Source: Cryomorphaceae bacterium (GTDB lineage Bacteria > Bacteroidota > Bacteroidia > Flavobacteriales > Schleiferiaceae). From it: DNA of 64,000 nucleotides. How positions within the stretch are numbered: the first letter of the stretch is position 1; every line of letters starts with the position of its first letter. Under the pieces are notes generated by a model, which was given only the letters and a program-made list of their open reading frames with translations, did not search any database and had not been told where the DNA came from. Shown here piece by piece: positions 36,705 to 46,029 of this stretch. The translations under genes were made by a program, and so were the position numbers. Location: contig JAYOSU010000001.1 of the NCBI GenBank assembly GCA_038139395.1, forward strand, positions 16,746 to 80,745, read 5' to 3'.

Positions 36705-37790
36705 ATGAAGGCCAAACTTCTTTTCCTACTCACTCTCTGCTTTATTCAAGCGAGCGCTCAAGAAATTAATCATCGGCAAGACTTTTCTGGCGGAGCTTCC
36801 ATGACCTCTTACGGAAGAGCTGCTTTAAATGGTAAGTGGCAATTTGATATAACACCCGTCGCATTTTCTCCTTCGCTCCTTGAGTATCCATTCACATTAG
36901 CTACCAAAACTCAATATTGGAGTAATGATGGCTGGAGCACGACTCTTCAAGCTGATGGATATTTAACCCCACATCACTTTTTTAGGGACGCTTTTGGTTA
37001 CACATGGATTCCTCATATTCGACCAGCGGGGCAACTCTTTTGGACGGTTAATCTTCCAATCAGAAATCGAGAGATTGTAAAAACAAAACTAGAAGAGGTA
37101 AGCATTAGGCTTGTTGAAACCTCTGTACCTAATCTTTTTGGCTTTGGCTTCCATGACGAAATTTTGCCTGCCACTTCTTATTATCCATTTGAGACTTTGG
37201 TTAATAGGGACGTTCACTTTACCTCTGGGCTTTTATTCAACCGTATCAGGGTAGCGGGTGTTTACACATTAAACTCTTCTAGTATCAACCCTAATGTGGT
37301 CGAGGCTTGGCCATTTGGGCAGTCCCTTAGTGGTTTTTTAGGAATTACAAAACAGAACTACAGCATCAGATTTATTAAAACTAGCCAAAGGCGAAATCTT
37401 ATTAAGTTGAGAGAATCTTCCTATAAAATGGGGCTCCTCCTACCATTACACTACACGATTTTAGGTCAAGACGGATATATAGAGCCAAGTTCTGTGAAAA
37501 GCATGTTTTACCGGTTTCCTCGTAACTATTACCGAAAGTTTAATGGACCTACCCTCGGGTTTCACCTGGCCTCTACGCATTATATTAACCGTCAAGAATT
37601 GCGAAAAGGAGGTAAAAATCCATCCAAAATCACAGAGCTAGAACTAGGTATTTCTTGGCTACCTTGGGATTTTTATTCTGAAAAAATTGCAGAGCCTCTT
37701 CAATTTAGAGTGGTCGTACGACCAGGGATATGGAGGGACCGCATATCTAAAAAGCCATTGACATCGAAGGATTGTGGCTACTTGCCCTAA
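36705..37790 (+). CDS. Exported protein of unknown function (possible outer-membrane protein)
   Basis: 361 aa with signal peptide MKAKLLFLLTLCFIQASAQ, rich in aromatics and Gly. No family recognised. Starts 5 nt after ftcD. Confidence 0.5.
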   Translation: MKAKLLFLLTLCFIQASAQEINHRQDFSGGASMTSYGRAALNGKWQFDITPVAFSPSLLEYPFTLATKTQYWSNDGWSTTLQADGYLTPHHFFRDAFGYTWIPHIRPAGQLFWTVNLPIRNREIVKTKLEEVSIRLVETSVPNLFGFGFHDEILPATSYYPFETLVNRDVHFTSGLLFNRIRVAGVYTLNSSSINPNVVEAWPFGQSLSGFLGITKQNYSIRFIKTSQRRNLIKLRESSYKMGLLLPLHYTILGQDGYIEPSSVKSMFYRFPRNYYRKFNGPTLGFHLASTHYINRQELRKGGKNPSKITELELGISWLPWDFYSEKIAEPLQFRVVVRPGIWRDRISKKPLTSKDCGYLP

Positions 37791-37839
37791 AAAACAGTGG
37801 CACGATTTTCCCTACTAAAGTGCCAACAAGACATCATCT

Positions 37840-40215
37840 ATGAAAATCAGAATAGCAGCGGTATTATTGCTCATTTCAAGCTCACTATGGGCGCAAAACC
37901 GCACCCTAAGCGGCTATATCACCGACTTTGAGACTGGTGAAGCACTTATAGGAGTTAATATTTGGTCACCGGAACTCAAATTAGGTACATCATCCAATAC
38001 CTACGGATTTTACTCGTTCACCTTGCCACAAGGTGTCCAGATTATTCGTCTCACCTACTTTGGATATGAAAGCAATCAGTTCGAAATCACGTTAGATAAA
38101 AATATTGAGTTTGATTTCAGGCTTAAACCTTCTAACAACATGCTTAATGAAGTAGATGTAGTAGCCTCTAAAGGTCAGACCATTCAAGAGCAGGTTCAAA
38201 TGTCTAAAATGGAAGTCCCCATAAAACAGCTCAAATCATTACCAGCAATTTTAGGGGAAGTTGATATTATGAAAACTTTGCAACTTTTGCCGGGTGTGCA
38301 GAGCGGCGGAGAAGGTACTTCTGGGCTGTATGTTCGAGGAGGCTCTCCAGATCAAAATTTAATTCTTTTGGATGGAGTGCCGCTATACAACGTTAATCAC
38401 TTGTTTGGATTCTTTTCAGTTTTCAACGCAGACGCAATTTCCAATGTAAGCCTCACAAAAGGCGGTTTTCCAGCACGTTACGGAGGTCGACTTTCATCAG
38501 TGCTTGAAATCAATATGAAGGAGGGCAATATGAATCAATTTCACGGAGATGCCACTGCTTCTATTATTTCTTCAAAACTAACCTTAGAAGGTCCGCTAAT
38601 CAAAGACAAGGCGTCATTTATGATAAGCGGTAGACGAACATACCTTGACGTTCTTGCAAGGCCTTTCATTAATTCTGCTAACAACAACAATCCAAATCAG
38701 CAAACTTCACCTAGATATTATTTCTACGATACCAATGGAAAAATCAATTACAAAATTGGCAAAAAAGACCGCGTTTACTTAAGTCACTTCCAAGGTCAAG
38801 ATAACTTCGGAATAAAGGATAAATATTCTGATAGCACTAGAACTGAAGAGTTCGATTTTGGTATTGATTGGATGAACAGCATCACCGCACTGAGATGGAA
38901 CCATCAATGGAGTCCAAAGTTATTCTCCAATGTGACCTTAACCCGATCGCTCTACAATTTCAATACAAGAGCCGTCTCTGAGACCTCTTTTCTACCCAAT
39001 TTTCCAGACACCACTGGACAAGAAATTGAAAATCTAGCAGCACTGTATTTATCAGGAATCGAAGATTATGGAGGCCGTATAGACTTTGATTATGCACACA
39101 GTCCTTTGCATTATGTACGCTACGGAGCAGGGTACACCAATCATAAATTCACCCCAGGAGCCACCAATCTTAAATTCACCAGTACAGACTTCAATCTTGA
39201 CACTTCTTTAGGTAGTCAAAGTATTTTATCGGACGAATTCTTTGCTTATGTAGAGGATGAATGGACCGTTAGCGAAAAATTCAAAGTAAATGCAGGATTA
39301 CACTTTGCAGGATTATCCGTGCAGAATGAGACCTATACGTCTTTGCAACCTAGAATTGGCATGAACTACACTTTGCCTGGTGATATTGCCCTCAAAGCGT
39401 CCTATGCAGATATGATGCAATTTGTGAATTTATTGACTAATGAGGGTATCGGATTACCTACTGATTTATGGGTTCCCTCCACAGCAACCATTAAACCACA
39501 AACTTCTCGTCAATATGCAGCTGGATTAGCAAAAAATTTAGGTGCATTTGAAGTAAGTATAGAGTGCTATTACAAGGACATGCAAAATCTTGTCAGTTAC
39601 AAGGAAGGAGCCAATTTTCTTTTCTCTCTTAATGAAGATTGGGAAGATAAAATCACTCAAGGCAACGGACAGAGTTACGGTACAGAACTTTTTGTGCAGA
39701 AGAAAAGAGGAAAAACTACCGGGTGGATTGGCTATACTCTAGCATGGAGCTATCGCCAATTTGATGAAATCAATGACGGTCAACGCTATTTCTTTACCTA
39801 CGACAGGCGACACGATTTTTCCGCAGTCCTTACTCAAGAGATCACAGATAACATTCAATTCAGCGGAGCATGGGTTTATGGAACAGGACGTGCTATCACT
39901 CTTCCTGAATATGAATATATTTCTTCCTTACCTGATGGTCTAAGTTGGTGGCAGCAACAACAGGTTTTAATTCAGAGACCAACGGATAAAAATTCGTTCC
40001 GCATGAGTGCCTATCACAGATTGGATTTGAGTTTTAGTTTTCATAAAAAACGTAAAAATTATGATCGCTGGTGGATGATTAGTGCCTACAATGCCTATAA
40101 CAATCTTAATCCCTTCTTTTTTGAAACAAGGACTGATGGAAACGGAAATACCACATTGCGTGAATATGGACTCTTCCCTATCATTCCTTCTATTGCCTAC
40201 CGAATTAAATTTTAA
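37840..40215 (+). CDS. TonB-dependent receptor (CarboxypepD_reg + plug + barrel)
   Basis: 791 aa. Signal ...SSSLWAQ, LSGYITDFETGEALIGVNI, plug LPGVQSGGEGTSGLYVRGGSPDQNLILLDGVPLYN, and a terminal ...AYRIKF. Confidence 0.9.
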   Translation: MKIRIAAVLLLISSSLWAQNRTLSGYITDFETGEALIGVNIWSPELKLGTSSNTYGFYSFTLPQGVQIIRLTYFGYESNQFEITLDKNIEFDFRLKPSNNMLNEVDVVASKGQTIQEQVQMSKMEVPIKQLKSLPAILGEVDIMKTLQLLPGVQSGGEGTSGLYVRGGSPDQNLILLDGVPLYNVNHLFGFFSVFNADAISNVSLTKGGFPARYGGRLSSVLEINMKEGNMNQFHGDATASIISSKLTLEGPLIKDKASFMISGRRTYLDVLARPFINSANNNNPNQQTSPRYYFYDTNGKINYKIGKKDRVYLSHFQGQDNFGIKDKYSDSTRTEEFDFGIDWMNSITALRWNHQWSPKLFSNVTLTRSLYNFNTRAVSETSFLPNFPDTTGQEIENLAALYLSGIEDYGGRIDFDYAHSPLHYVRYGAGYTNHKFTPGATNLKFTSTDFNLDTSLGSQSILSDEFFAYVEDEWTVSEKFKVNAGLHFAGLSVQNETYTSLQPRIGMNYTLPGDIALKASYADMMQFVNLLTNEGIGLPTDLWVPSTATIKPQTSRQYAAGLAKNLGAFEVSIECYYKDMQNLVSYKEGANFLFSLNEDWEDKITQGNGQSYGTELFVQKKRGKTTGWIGYTLAWSYRQFDEINDGQRYFFTYDRRHDFSAVLTQEITDNIQFSGAWVYGTGRAITLPEYEYISSLPDGLSWWQQQQVLIQRPTDKNSFRMSAYHRLDLSFSFHKKRKNYDRWWMISAYNAYNNLNPFFFETRTDGNGNTTLREYGLFPIIPSIAYRIKF

Positions 40216-40218
40216 ATA

Positions 40219-41103
40219 ATGAAAAAGAGTTTTTTCCCTTTACTAGTATCATTGGTTTTATTCTCATGCGAAAGATGGGAAGAAGGAATTGCACGTGATA
40301 TTGTTCTACCGCCTCACAACCCTCAGATTGCGGCATCTCTATTTATTGATTCAATGGACAGCACATTGAGTGCAACTATCAGCAAAACAGGTGGATTATT
40401 TGACACCACAAAAACTGGAGTCATTAAAGACGCTGAAGTCAAACTCTTTCAAGACGGTACGTTGTTACACCAACTGAAGGATTTTAGTGTGTACAAGACC
40501 TATGATAAATTCCTCGGTAAACAAATTGGGATTGTAGATGGCTCTTTGACTCTTGAAGTCAATCATCCTGATTTTGACACTGTAAGTGCTGCACAAAGTT
40601 TTCCTGAGAAAGCAGTTTTTACAGCAGAAGTCGAATACGGTGGGACTACTTTTTTTGACGAGACTTCTGATGCCCTTACCATCTCATTTTCAGATATACC
40701 TGGAGAAAATCAACATTACCTCATAAACCTCCATGCGCACTACAGAAATGGATTAACAGGTCAGGATACCTCTGAGTATTTCCCGCTCTACTTGGAAACT
40801 ACTAATCAAAACGCAACCCGAATTAACGAAGGTGGAATCTTATTATCAGAAGAAGGTGTAGATCGTGATTTGGCTATTCGATTTGCCACCGGAATAAATT
40901 CCATCAACTACCTTTTTCAGTTGGAATATAGAATCACCGTAAGCACCTTGAGTGACGAGTTGTACAAATTCTATCAAAGCTATAGTGCTTTTCAAAATGC
41001 TCAGGGCAATCCGTTTGCAGAACCTGTCATTCTATACAGTAATATGAGCAATGACATCGGCTGCTTTGGGGTTAGTACTACAATTAGAAAGTGGGAAGGA
41101 TAA
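40219..41103 (+). CDS. DUF4249-type lipoprotein (usual partner of this receptor class)
   Basis: 294 aa, lipobox LVLFSC. Lies 3 nt after the receptor gene, an arrangement typical for DUF4249 in Bacteroidota. Confidence 0.7.
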   Translation: MKKSFFPLLVSLVLFSCERWEEGIARDIVLPPHNPQIAASLFIDSMDSTLSATISKTGGLFDTTKTGVIKDAEVKLFQDGTLLHQLKDFSVYKTYDKFLGKQIGIVDGSLTLEVNHPDFDTVSAAQSFPEKAVFTAEVEYGGTTFFDETSDALTISFSDIPGENQHYLINLHAHYRNGLTGQDTSEYFPLYLETTNQNATRINEGGILLSEEGVDRDLAIRFATGINSINYLFQLEYRITVSTLSDELYKFYQSYSAFQNAQGNPFAEPVILYSNMSNDIGCFGVSTTIRKWEG

Positions 41104-41159
41104 AAGCTTTAATTGATTCAAAAATCAACTGCTCAGTATTTTTTACTCTGGCATAGTTA

Positions 41160-42164
41160 TCAGAACTCCATCAAAACTGAACCCCAAGTAAATCCTGCTC
41201 CAAAGGCAGCGAGACAAACTATATCTCCTCTTTTCACGGCTCCCGTCTCCACCGCTTCTGAAAGTGCAATGGCAATAGAGGCACCTGTTGTATTACCGTA
41301 TTTCTGAATATTATTAAACACTTGATCATCCCGAAGTCCCATTCGCTTTTGAATAAATTGTGCAATCCGGAGATTTGCTTGGTGCGGTATCAAGCAATCA
41401 ATTTTATCGGGTGTGATTCCGTTTTTGGCCAATGCTTCCTGAATAACCTCACCGAATCGCACTACCGCATTTTTAAAGACAAAATTTCCATTCATCTGAG
41501 GAAAATGAATATCTGGATTCACGCCTTTTTCCAACAAGGCACCAATCCAATGTTGAGTACCGAAACCCTTCATGGTTAATTCTTCTTTATGTTTCCCCTC
41601 ACTGTGTAAATGACAACTTTTAATACCACCCTCTGATTCTGTAGATCTAGAGAGCACCACAGCACCAGCACCATCTCCAAAAATGACACTCACACCTCTA
41701 CCTCTTGTGGTCTTATCTAAAAATGGACTTTGCAATTCAGAAGCCACTACCAATACATGCTTATACATGCCCGTTTGTACGAATGCATTCCCGACACTCA
41801 GAGCGTAAATAAATCCTGAACATGCATTACGCACATCTGTGGCACCTGCAGTGTGTATGCCCAGAGCTTCTTGAACTTGAACGCCACAACCTGGAAAATA
41901 ATAGTCTGGTGAAATAGTCGCAAAAACTACATGTTCAATATCATTTGGCTCCAATCCTGCTTGTGAAATAGCATTCTGGGCTGCTTTAATACCCATAGTA
42001 GCAGCGGTATTTCCGTCACCTTCTTTAACCCAGCGCCTTTCTTTAATACCAGTGCGTTCACGAATCCATTCATCATCTGTATCCATCAATAGGGCAAGAT
42101 CATTATTGGTCACAATGTTTTCAGGAACATAATGGCCGGCACCGGCGATTTTTGCTTTATACAT
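41160..42164 (-). CDS. fabH: 3-oxoacyl-ACP synthase III
   Basis: 334 aa. Catalytic Cys in NACSGFIYAL, His in PHQANLRI, Asn in YGNTTGASI. Confidence 0.95.
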   Translation of the reverse strand: MYKAKIAGAGHYVPENIVTNNDLALLMDTDDEWIRERTGIKERRWVKEGDGNTAATMGIKAAQNAISQAGLEPNDIEHVVFATISPDYYFPGCGVQVQEALGIHTAGATDVRNACSGFIYALSVGNAFVQTGMYKHVLVVASELQSPFLDKTTRGRGVSVIFGDGAGAVVLSRSTESEGGIKSCHLHSEGKHKEELTMKGFGTQHWIGALLEKGVNPDIHFPQMNGNFVFKNAVVRFGEVIQEALAKNGITPDKIDCLIPHQANLRIAQFIQKRMGLRDDQVFNNIQKYGNTTGASIAIALSEAVETGAVKRGDIVCLAAFGAGFTWGSVLMEF

Positions 42165-42307
42165 AATTGGCGTGTTCAGTAATCGTTATGTGCTTTAAGT
42201 TAACGCAAAAATGACACACTTCGTTGTCAACCTGTCAGTAAAAATATACCGCCATGCGCATTGGCACAAGTGTTGACTATCTCAAGGCAAATTCAAATCT
42301 TTCAAAC

Positions 42308-44200
42308 ATGTCTAAAGGATCAATTAATGTTACCGCGCAGAACATCTTCCCAATTATTAAGAAGTTCTTATACAGTGATCATGAAATTTTCCTACGCGAA
42401 CTCGTATCCAACGCCGTAGATGCAACCCAAAAGTTAAAAACACTTACAAGCCTAGGCGAAGCCAAAGGAGAACTAGGTGACCTAACCATCCACGTGAAGG
42501 TTGACAAGGAAGCCAAAACGCTCAGTATCATAGACCGAGGTATTGGTATGACTGCCGAAGAAATTGACAAATACATCAATCAAGTAGCTTTCTCAGGTGC
42601 TGAAGAATTTGTAAAAGAATACGAAGGCAAAATGGATGGAGCCGATTTGATTGGTCACTTTGGTTTAGGTTTTTACTCTGCCTTTATGGTGGCTAAGAAG
42701 GTTGAAATCTTAACCCGTTCACATAAAGGAGATGGAGCTGTTCAATGGAGCTGTGAAGGAAATCCGGAATTTGAGTTAACGGACATTGACAAAGAAGATA
42801 GAGGAACAGAGATTCGACTACACATAGGTGAGGATAGCGAGGAGTTTTTAGAAGAAAGCAAAATCAATGAGCTACTGTCTAAATACGCGAAGTTCATGCC
42901 GGTGAGCATTGAATTCGGCGAAAAAGACGAAAGCTATAATTCCGCTGCTGAAGGAGAAGAAGCCAAGTGGGAAACCAAAAAAGTTCCCAATGTTGTAAAT
43001 AACACAAATCCAGCTTGGGTGCGTAAACCTGGAGACTTAAGCGATGAGGATTACAAGGAATTTTACCGCGAACTCTATCCCATGAGCTTTGACGAGCCAC
43101 TATTTAATATTCATTTAAATGTTGACTTCCCATTTAATTTAACCGGGGTTCTTTACTTTCCTAAAATCAAACCAAACGTAGAACCACAACGCAACAAAAT
43201 CCAATTGTTCCAAAAACAAGTATTTGTTACAGATAGCGTTGAAGGAATTGTTCCCGATTTTCTCACTTTATTGCACGGAGTTATTGACTCCCCTGATATT
43301 CCTCTGAATGTGAGTCGCTCGTACCTTCAGGCAGACGGAAATGTAAAGAAAATTTCATCCCATATCACCAAGAAGGTTGCTGACAAATTAGATGAAATGT
43401 TCCGTAAGGACCGCGAAGATTTCGAGGCCAAATGGAATGATATGAAAATAATCATTGAATATGGGATGCTTACTGAGGACAAGTTTTTTGACAAGGCCAA
43501 AAAATTTGCACTGTACGAGGACACTGAAGGCAAACTACACACATTCGATGCCTATCTCAAATTGATCAAAAAGAATCAAACGGACAAAGACAAAAAGACC
43601 GTGGTATTATATGCTTCTCACAAAGATGGCCAACACAGCTACGTTGAAGCGGCCAAGTCAAAAGGTTACCATGTTTTACTCTTAGATTCTCCGTTGACCT
43701 CGCACTTGATTCAAAAACTAGAAGGTGAATTCAGCGACACCACTTTTGCTAGAGTTGATTCTGACTTGATTGACAATCTCATCAAGAAAGACGAAACTAG
43801 AGTTGCTAAGCTTAGTGATAAACAAAAAGAAGAATTGAAGAATCGTCTTGAATCAATTGTTCCAAAGGAGAAATTCACCTTGAAGCTTGAAGACATGGAT
43901 TCAACTGAAGCTCCTTTAATTATTACAGTTCCTGAATTCATGCGTCGTATGAAAGAAATGCAAATGACAGGCGGCGGCGGTATGATGGGAATCAATGATT
44001 TTCCTGAGATGTACGATTTAGTTGTAAATGCCAATCATAGTCTTGCATCTAAAATATTGGATACGGAGGATGAGGGCGCGCGCGCTAGCGCAGTTAATCA
44101 AGCTCTAGATTTGGCCAAGTTGCAACAAAACTTGCTTCATGGTGAAGAATTGACTGCGTTTATTGCACGTTCATATGAAATGCTAGAAGAAAACAAGTAG
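42308..44200 (+). CDS. htpG: Molecular chaperone HtpG (Hsp90)
   Basis: LYSDHEIFLRELVSNAVDA, DRGIGMT, GHFGLGFYSAF. I prefer the ATG at 42308 (MSKGSINV...) over the track start at 42254. Confidence 0.97.
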   Translation: MSKGSINVTAQNIFPIIKKFLYSDHEIFLRELVSNAVDATQKLKTLTSLGEAKGELGDLTIHVKVDKEAKTLSIIDRGIGMTAEEIDKYINQVAFSGAEEFVKEYEGKMDGADLIGHFGLGFYSAFMVAKKVEILTRSHKGDGAVQWSCEGNPEFELTDIDKEDRGTEIRLHIGEDSEEFLEESKINELLSKYAKFMPVSIEFGEKDESYNSAAEGEEAKWETKKVPNVVNNTNPAWVRKPGDLSDEDYKEFYRELYPMSFDEPLFNIHLNVDFPFNLTGVLYFPKIKPNVEPQRNKIQLFQKQVFVTDSVEGIVPDFLTLLHGVIDSPDIPLNVSRSYLQADGNVKKISSHITKKVADKLDEMFRKDREDFEAKWNDMKIIIEYGMLTEDKFFDKAKKFALYEDTEGKLHTFDAYLKLIKKNQTDKDKKTVVLYASHKDGQHSYVEAAKSKGYHVLLLDSPLTSHLIQKLEGEFSDTTFARVDSDLIDNLIKKDETRVAKLSDKQKEELKNRLESIVPKEKFTLKLEDMDSTEAPLIITVPEFMRRMKEMQMTGGGGMMGINDFPEMYDLVVNANHSLASKILDTEDEGARASAVNQALDLAKLQQNLLHGEELTAFIARSYEMLEENK

Positions 44201-44242
44201 TATCTCTTTTTACTGAAAAGATTACGTTAAATCTAGATATTT

Positions 44243-44268
44243 AAGGGGGCCAATGGCTCCCTTTTTTT
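44243..44268 (+). terminator. Rho-independent terminator of htpG
   Basis: GGGGGCC-AAT-GGCTCCC (7 bp including one G-U pair) followed by TTTTTTT. It overlaps the track's upstream start for the next ORF, which argues for the ATG at 44301. Confidence 0.7.
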
Positions 44269-44300
44269 ATATTTTCGTTCCTTCTAAAACTACTCAATAC

Positions 44301-46022
44301 ATGGCAGAACATTCCTCCGTGCTGAAGATTGCTCAAACCAATGCATCACTTTGGACCACAGATATTTTTGATGCAGAAACTAGAAAAGAAGCGCAAATTC
44401 TTTTAGACAAGAAGGGCGATGATCTCATTGAACCATTTTACAAAGACCTAGACTTTGGAACAGGTGGAATGCGAGGTATCATGGGTGTTGGTACTAATCG
44501 CATTAATCCATATACCCTTGGTCTAGCGACGCAAGGATTGGCAGATTATGCACAATCCTTTTTTGAAGGTAAATCGCTTAAAGCTGCCATCGCTTTTGAC
44601 AGCCGCAACAACTCCAAGTCTTTTGCTAGAAAAGTTGCTGAGGTGCTAAGTGCAAATGGTATACACACCTATCTTTTTGAGGACTTACGCCCTACCCCAG
44701 AATTGAGCTTCAGTGTCCGTGAGCTTGGTTGTGATTTCGGTATTGTTTTAACCGCTTCACACAACCCTAAGGAGTATAATGGATACAAGGTATATTGGAA
44801 CGACGGTGGTCAATTGGTCCCTCCGCATGATAAAGCCGTGATTGAAAAAGTGCGTTCAACAGGATTTGAAGATATTCGTTGGGATGCCAATGAATCATTA
44901 ATCAAAACAGTAGGTGCAGCGCTTGATGAAAAATACACGGACATGATTGCAAGCTTGTCCTTGAGCAACGCCGGTAAAGACGATCTTAACATCGTATTTA
45001 CCGCATTGCACGGCACCTCTATAGTCAGTGTTCCTCCCGCTCTTGCAAAGGCAGGTTTCACCAATGTGCAGCTCGTAGAAGCGCAAAGCACCCCAGACGG
45101 GAACTTCCCAACCGTGGCAAGCCCGAATCCAGAGGAAAGTGCAGCTTTGGCCATGGCTGTTGCGCAGGCAGAGGCTACCAATGCAGATTTGGTCATAGGA
45201 TGTGATCCAGATACTGACCGCGTGGGTATTGCCGCCAACGACGGCACCGGTAAAATGCAGCTCCTCAATGGAAATGATACCGCAGCACTCCTTGTGCACT
45301 ACATCTTAGACGCCTACAAGAATAATGGTACCATGCCGACCAATGGATTTACTGCTGCAACTGTAGTCACTACCGACTTGATTGCAGAAATCTCAGCTGA
45401 CTATGGTGTACCATGCTACCGCTGTTTAACCGGATTCAAATGGATAGCCGACATCATTAATCACAAGCAACAGGAGCAATTCCTGGTAGGAGGTGAAGAA
45501 AGCTACGGATACCTCATAGGCGATGCCGTACGAGATAAAGATGCAGTTGCCTCTGCAGTGATGATTGCCGAGATGGCCGCTAATGCCAAAGCACAAGGCC
45601 GAACTGTATTGCAGCAACTAGAAGCCATCCACCGCGAGTTTGGTCAATACCAAGAGCGTCTAATATCCATTACCAAAAAAGGACGCTCAGGCGCCCAAGA
45701 AATTGCAGATATGATGACTGCGCTGCGTAACAACCCGCCTAAAACTTTGGCTGGTTCGCAAGTGATTATCGCCATTGATCACAGCAACTCTACCCAAACT
45801 GATTTGCGCAACGGAGTTACTTCTAGCACCGGACTACCCGCTTCAAACGTATTACAGTTCATCACTGAGGCTGGAGATAAGGTAAGCGCGCGTCCTTCGG
45901 GAACAGAGCCAAAAATTAAGTTCTACTTCAGTGTACGCGCGACTACTGGTGATAGCCATGCTGAAACCAAAGCAGAACTTGAAGCAAAGATTGATACCTT
46001 TATAGGGGAATTGAACCTTTAA
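44301..46022 (+). CDS. Phosphoglucomutase/phosphomannomutase family phospho-sugar mutase
   Basis: Active-site TASHNPKEYNGYK, metal loop GCDPDTDR, sugar loop GGEESYGY. Confidence 0.9.
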   Translation: MAEHSSVLKIAQTNASLWTTDIFDAETRKEAQILLDKKGDDLIEPFYKDLDFGTGGMRGIMGVGTNRINPYTLGLATQGLADYAQSFFEGKSLKAAIAFDSRNNSKSFARKVAEVLSANGIHTYLFEDLRPTPELSFSVRELGCDFGIVLTASHNPKEYNGYKVYWNDGGQLVPPHDKAVIEKVRSTGFEDIRWDANESLIKTVGAALDEKYTDMIASLSLSNAGKDDLNIVFTALHGTSIVSVPPALAKAGFTNVQLVEAQSTPDGNFPTVASPNPEESAALAMAVAQAEATNADLVIGCDPDTDRVGIAANDGTGKMQLLNGNDTAALLVHYILDAYKNNGTMPTNGFTAATVVTTDLIAEISADYGVPCYRCLTGFKWIADIINHKQQEQFLVGGEESYGYLIGDAVRDKDAVASAVMIAEMAANAKAQGRTVLQQLEAIHREFGQYQERLISITKKGRSGAQEIADMMTALRNNPPKTLAGSQVIIAIDHSNSTQTDLRNGVTSSTGLPASNVLQFITEAGDKVSARPSGTEPKIKFYFSVRATTGDSHAETKAELEAKIDTFIGELNL

Positions 46023-46029
46023 GAAGTTT

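Noticed and set aside
37772-37825. Sigma-54-like strings (TGGCTACTTGC at 37774..37784, and TGGCAC at 37798..37803 with an inverted GTGCCA at 37820..37825) upstream of the second TonB receptor
   Set aside because: The spacing between the GG and GC elements does not fit the -24/-12 consensus (TGGCAC-N5-TTGC). The 6-bp inverted repeat is too short to call.
41113-41307. 64-aa plus-strand ORF
   Set aside because: Antisense to the 3' end of fabH.
44810-45617. Minus-strand ORFs of 152, 133 and 63 aa inside the phosphoglucomutase gene
   Set aside because: Shadow ORFs in a GC-rich gene. The plus-strand frame carries all mutase active-site motifs.
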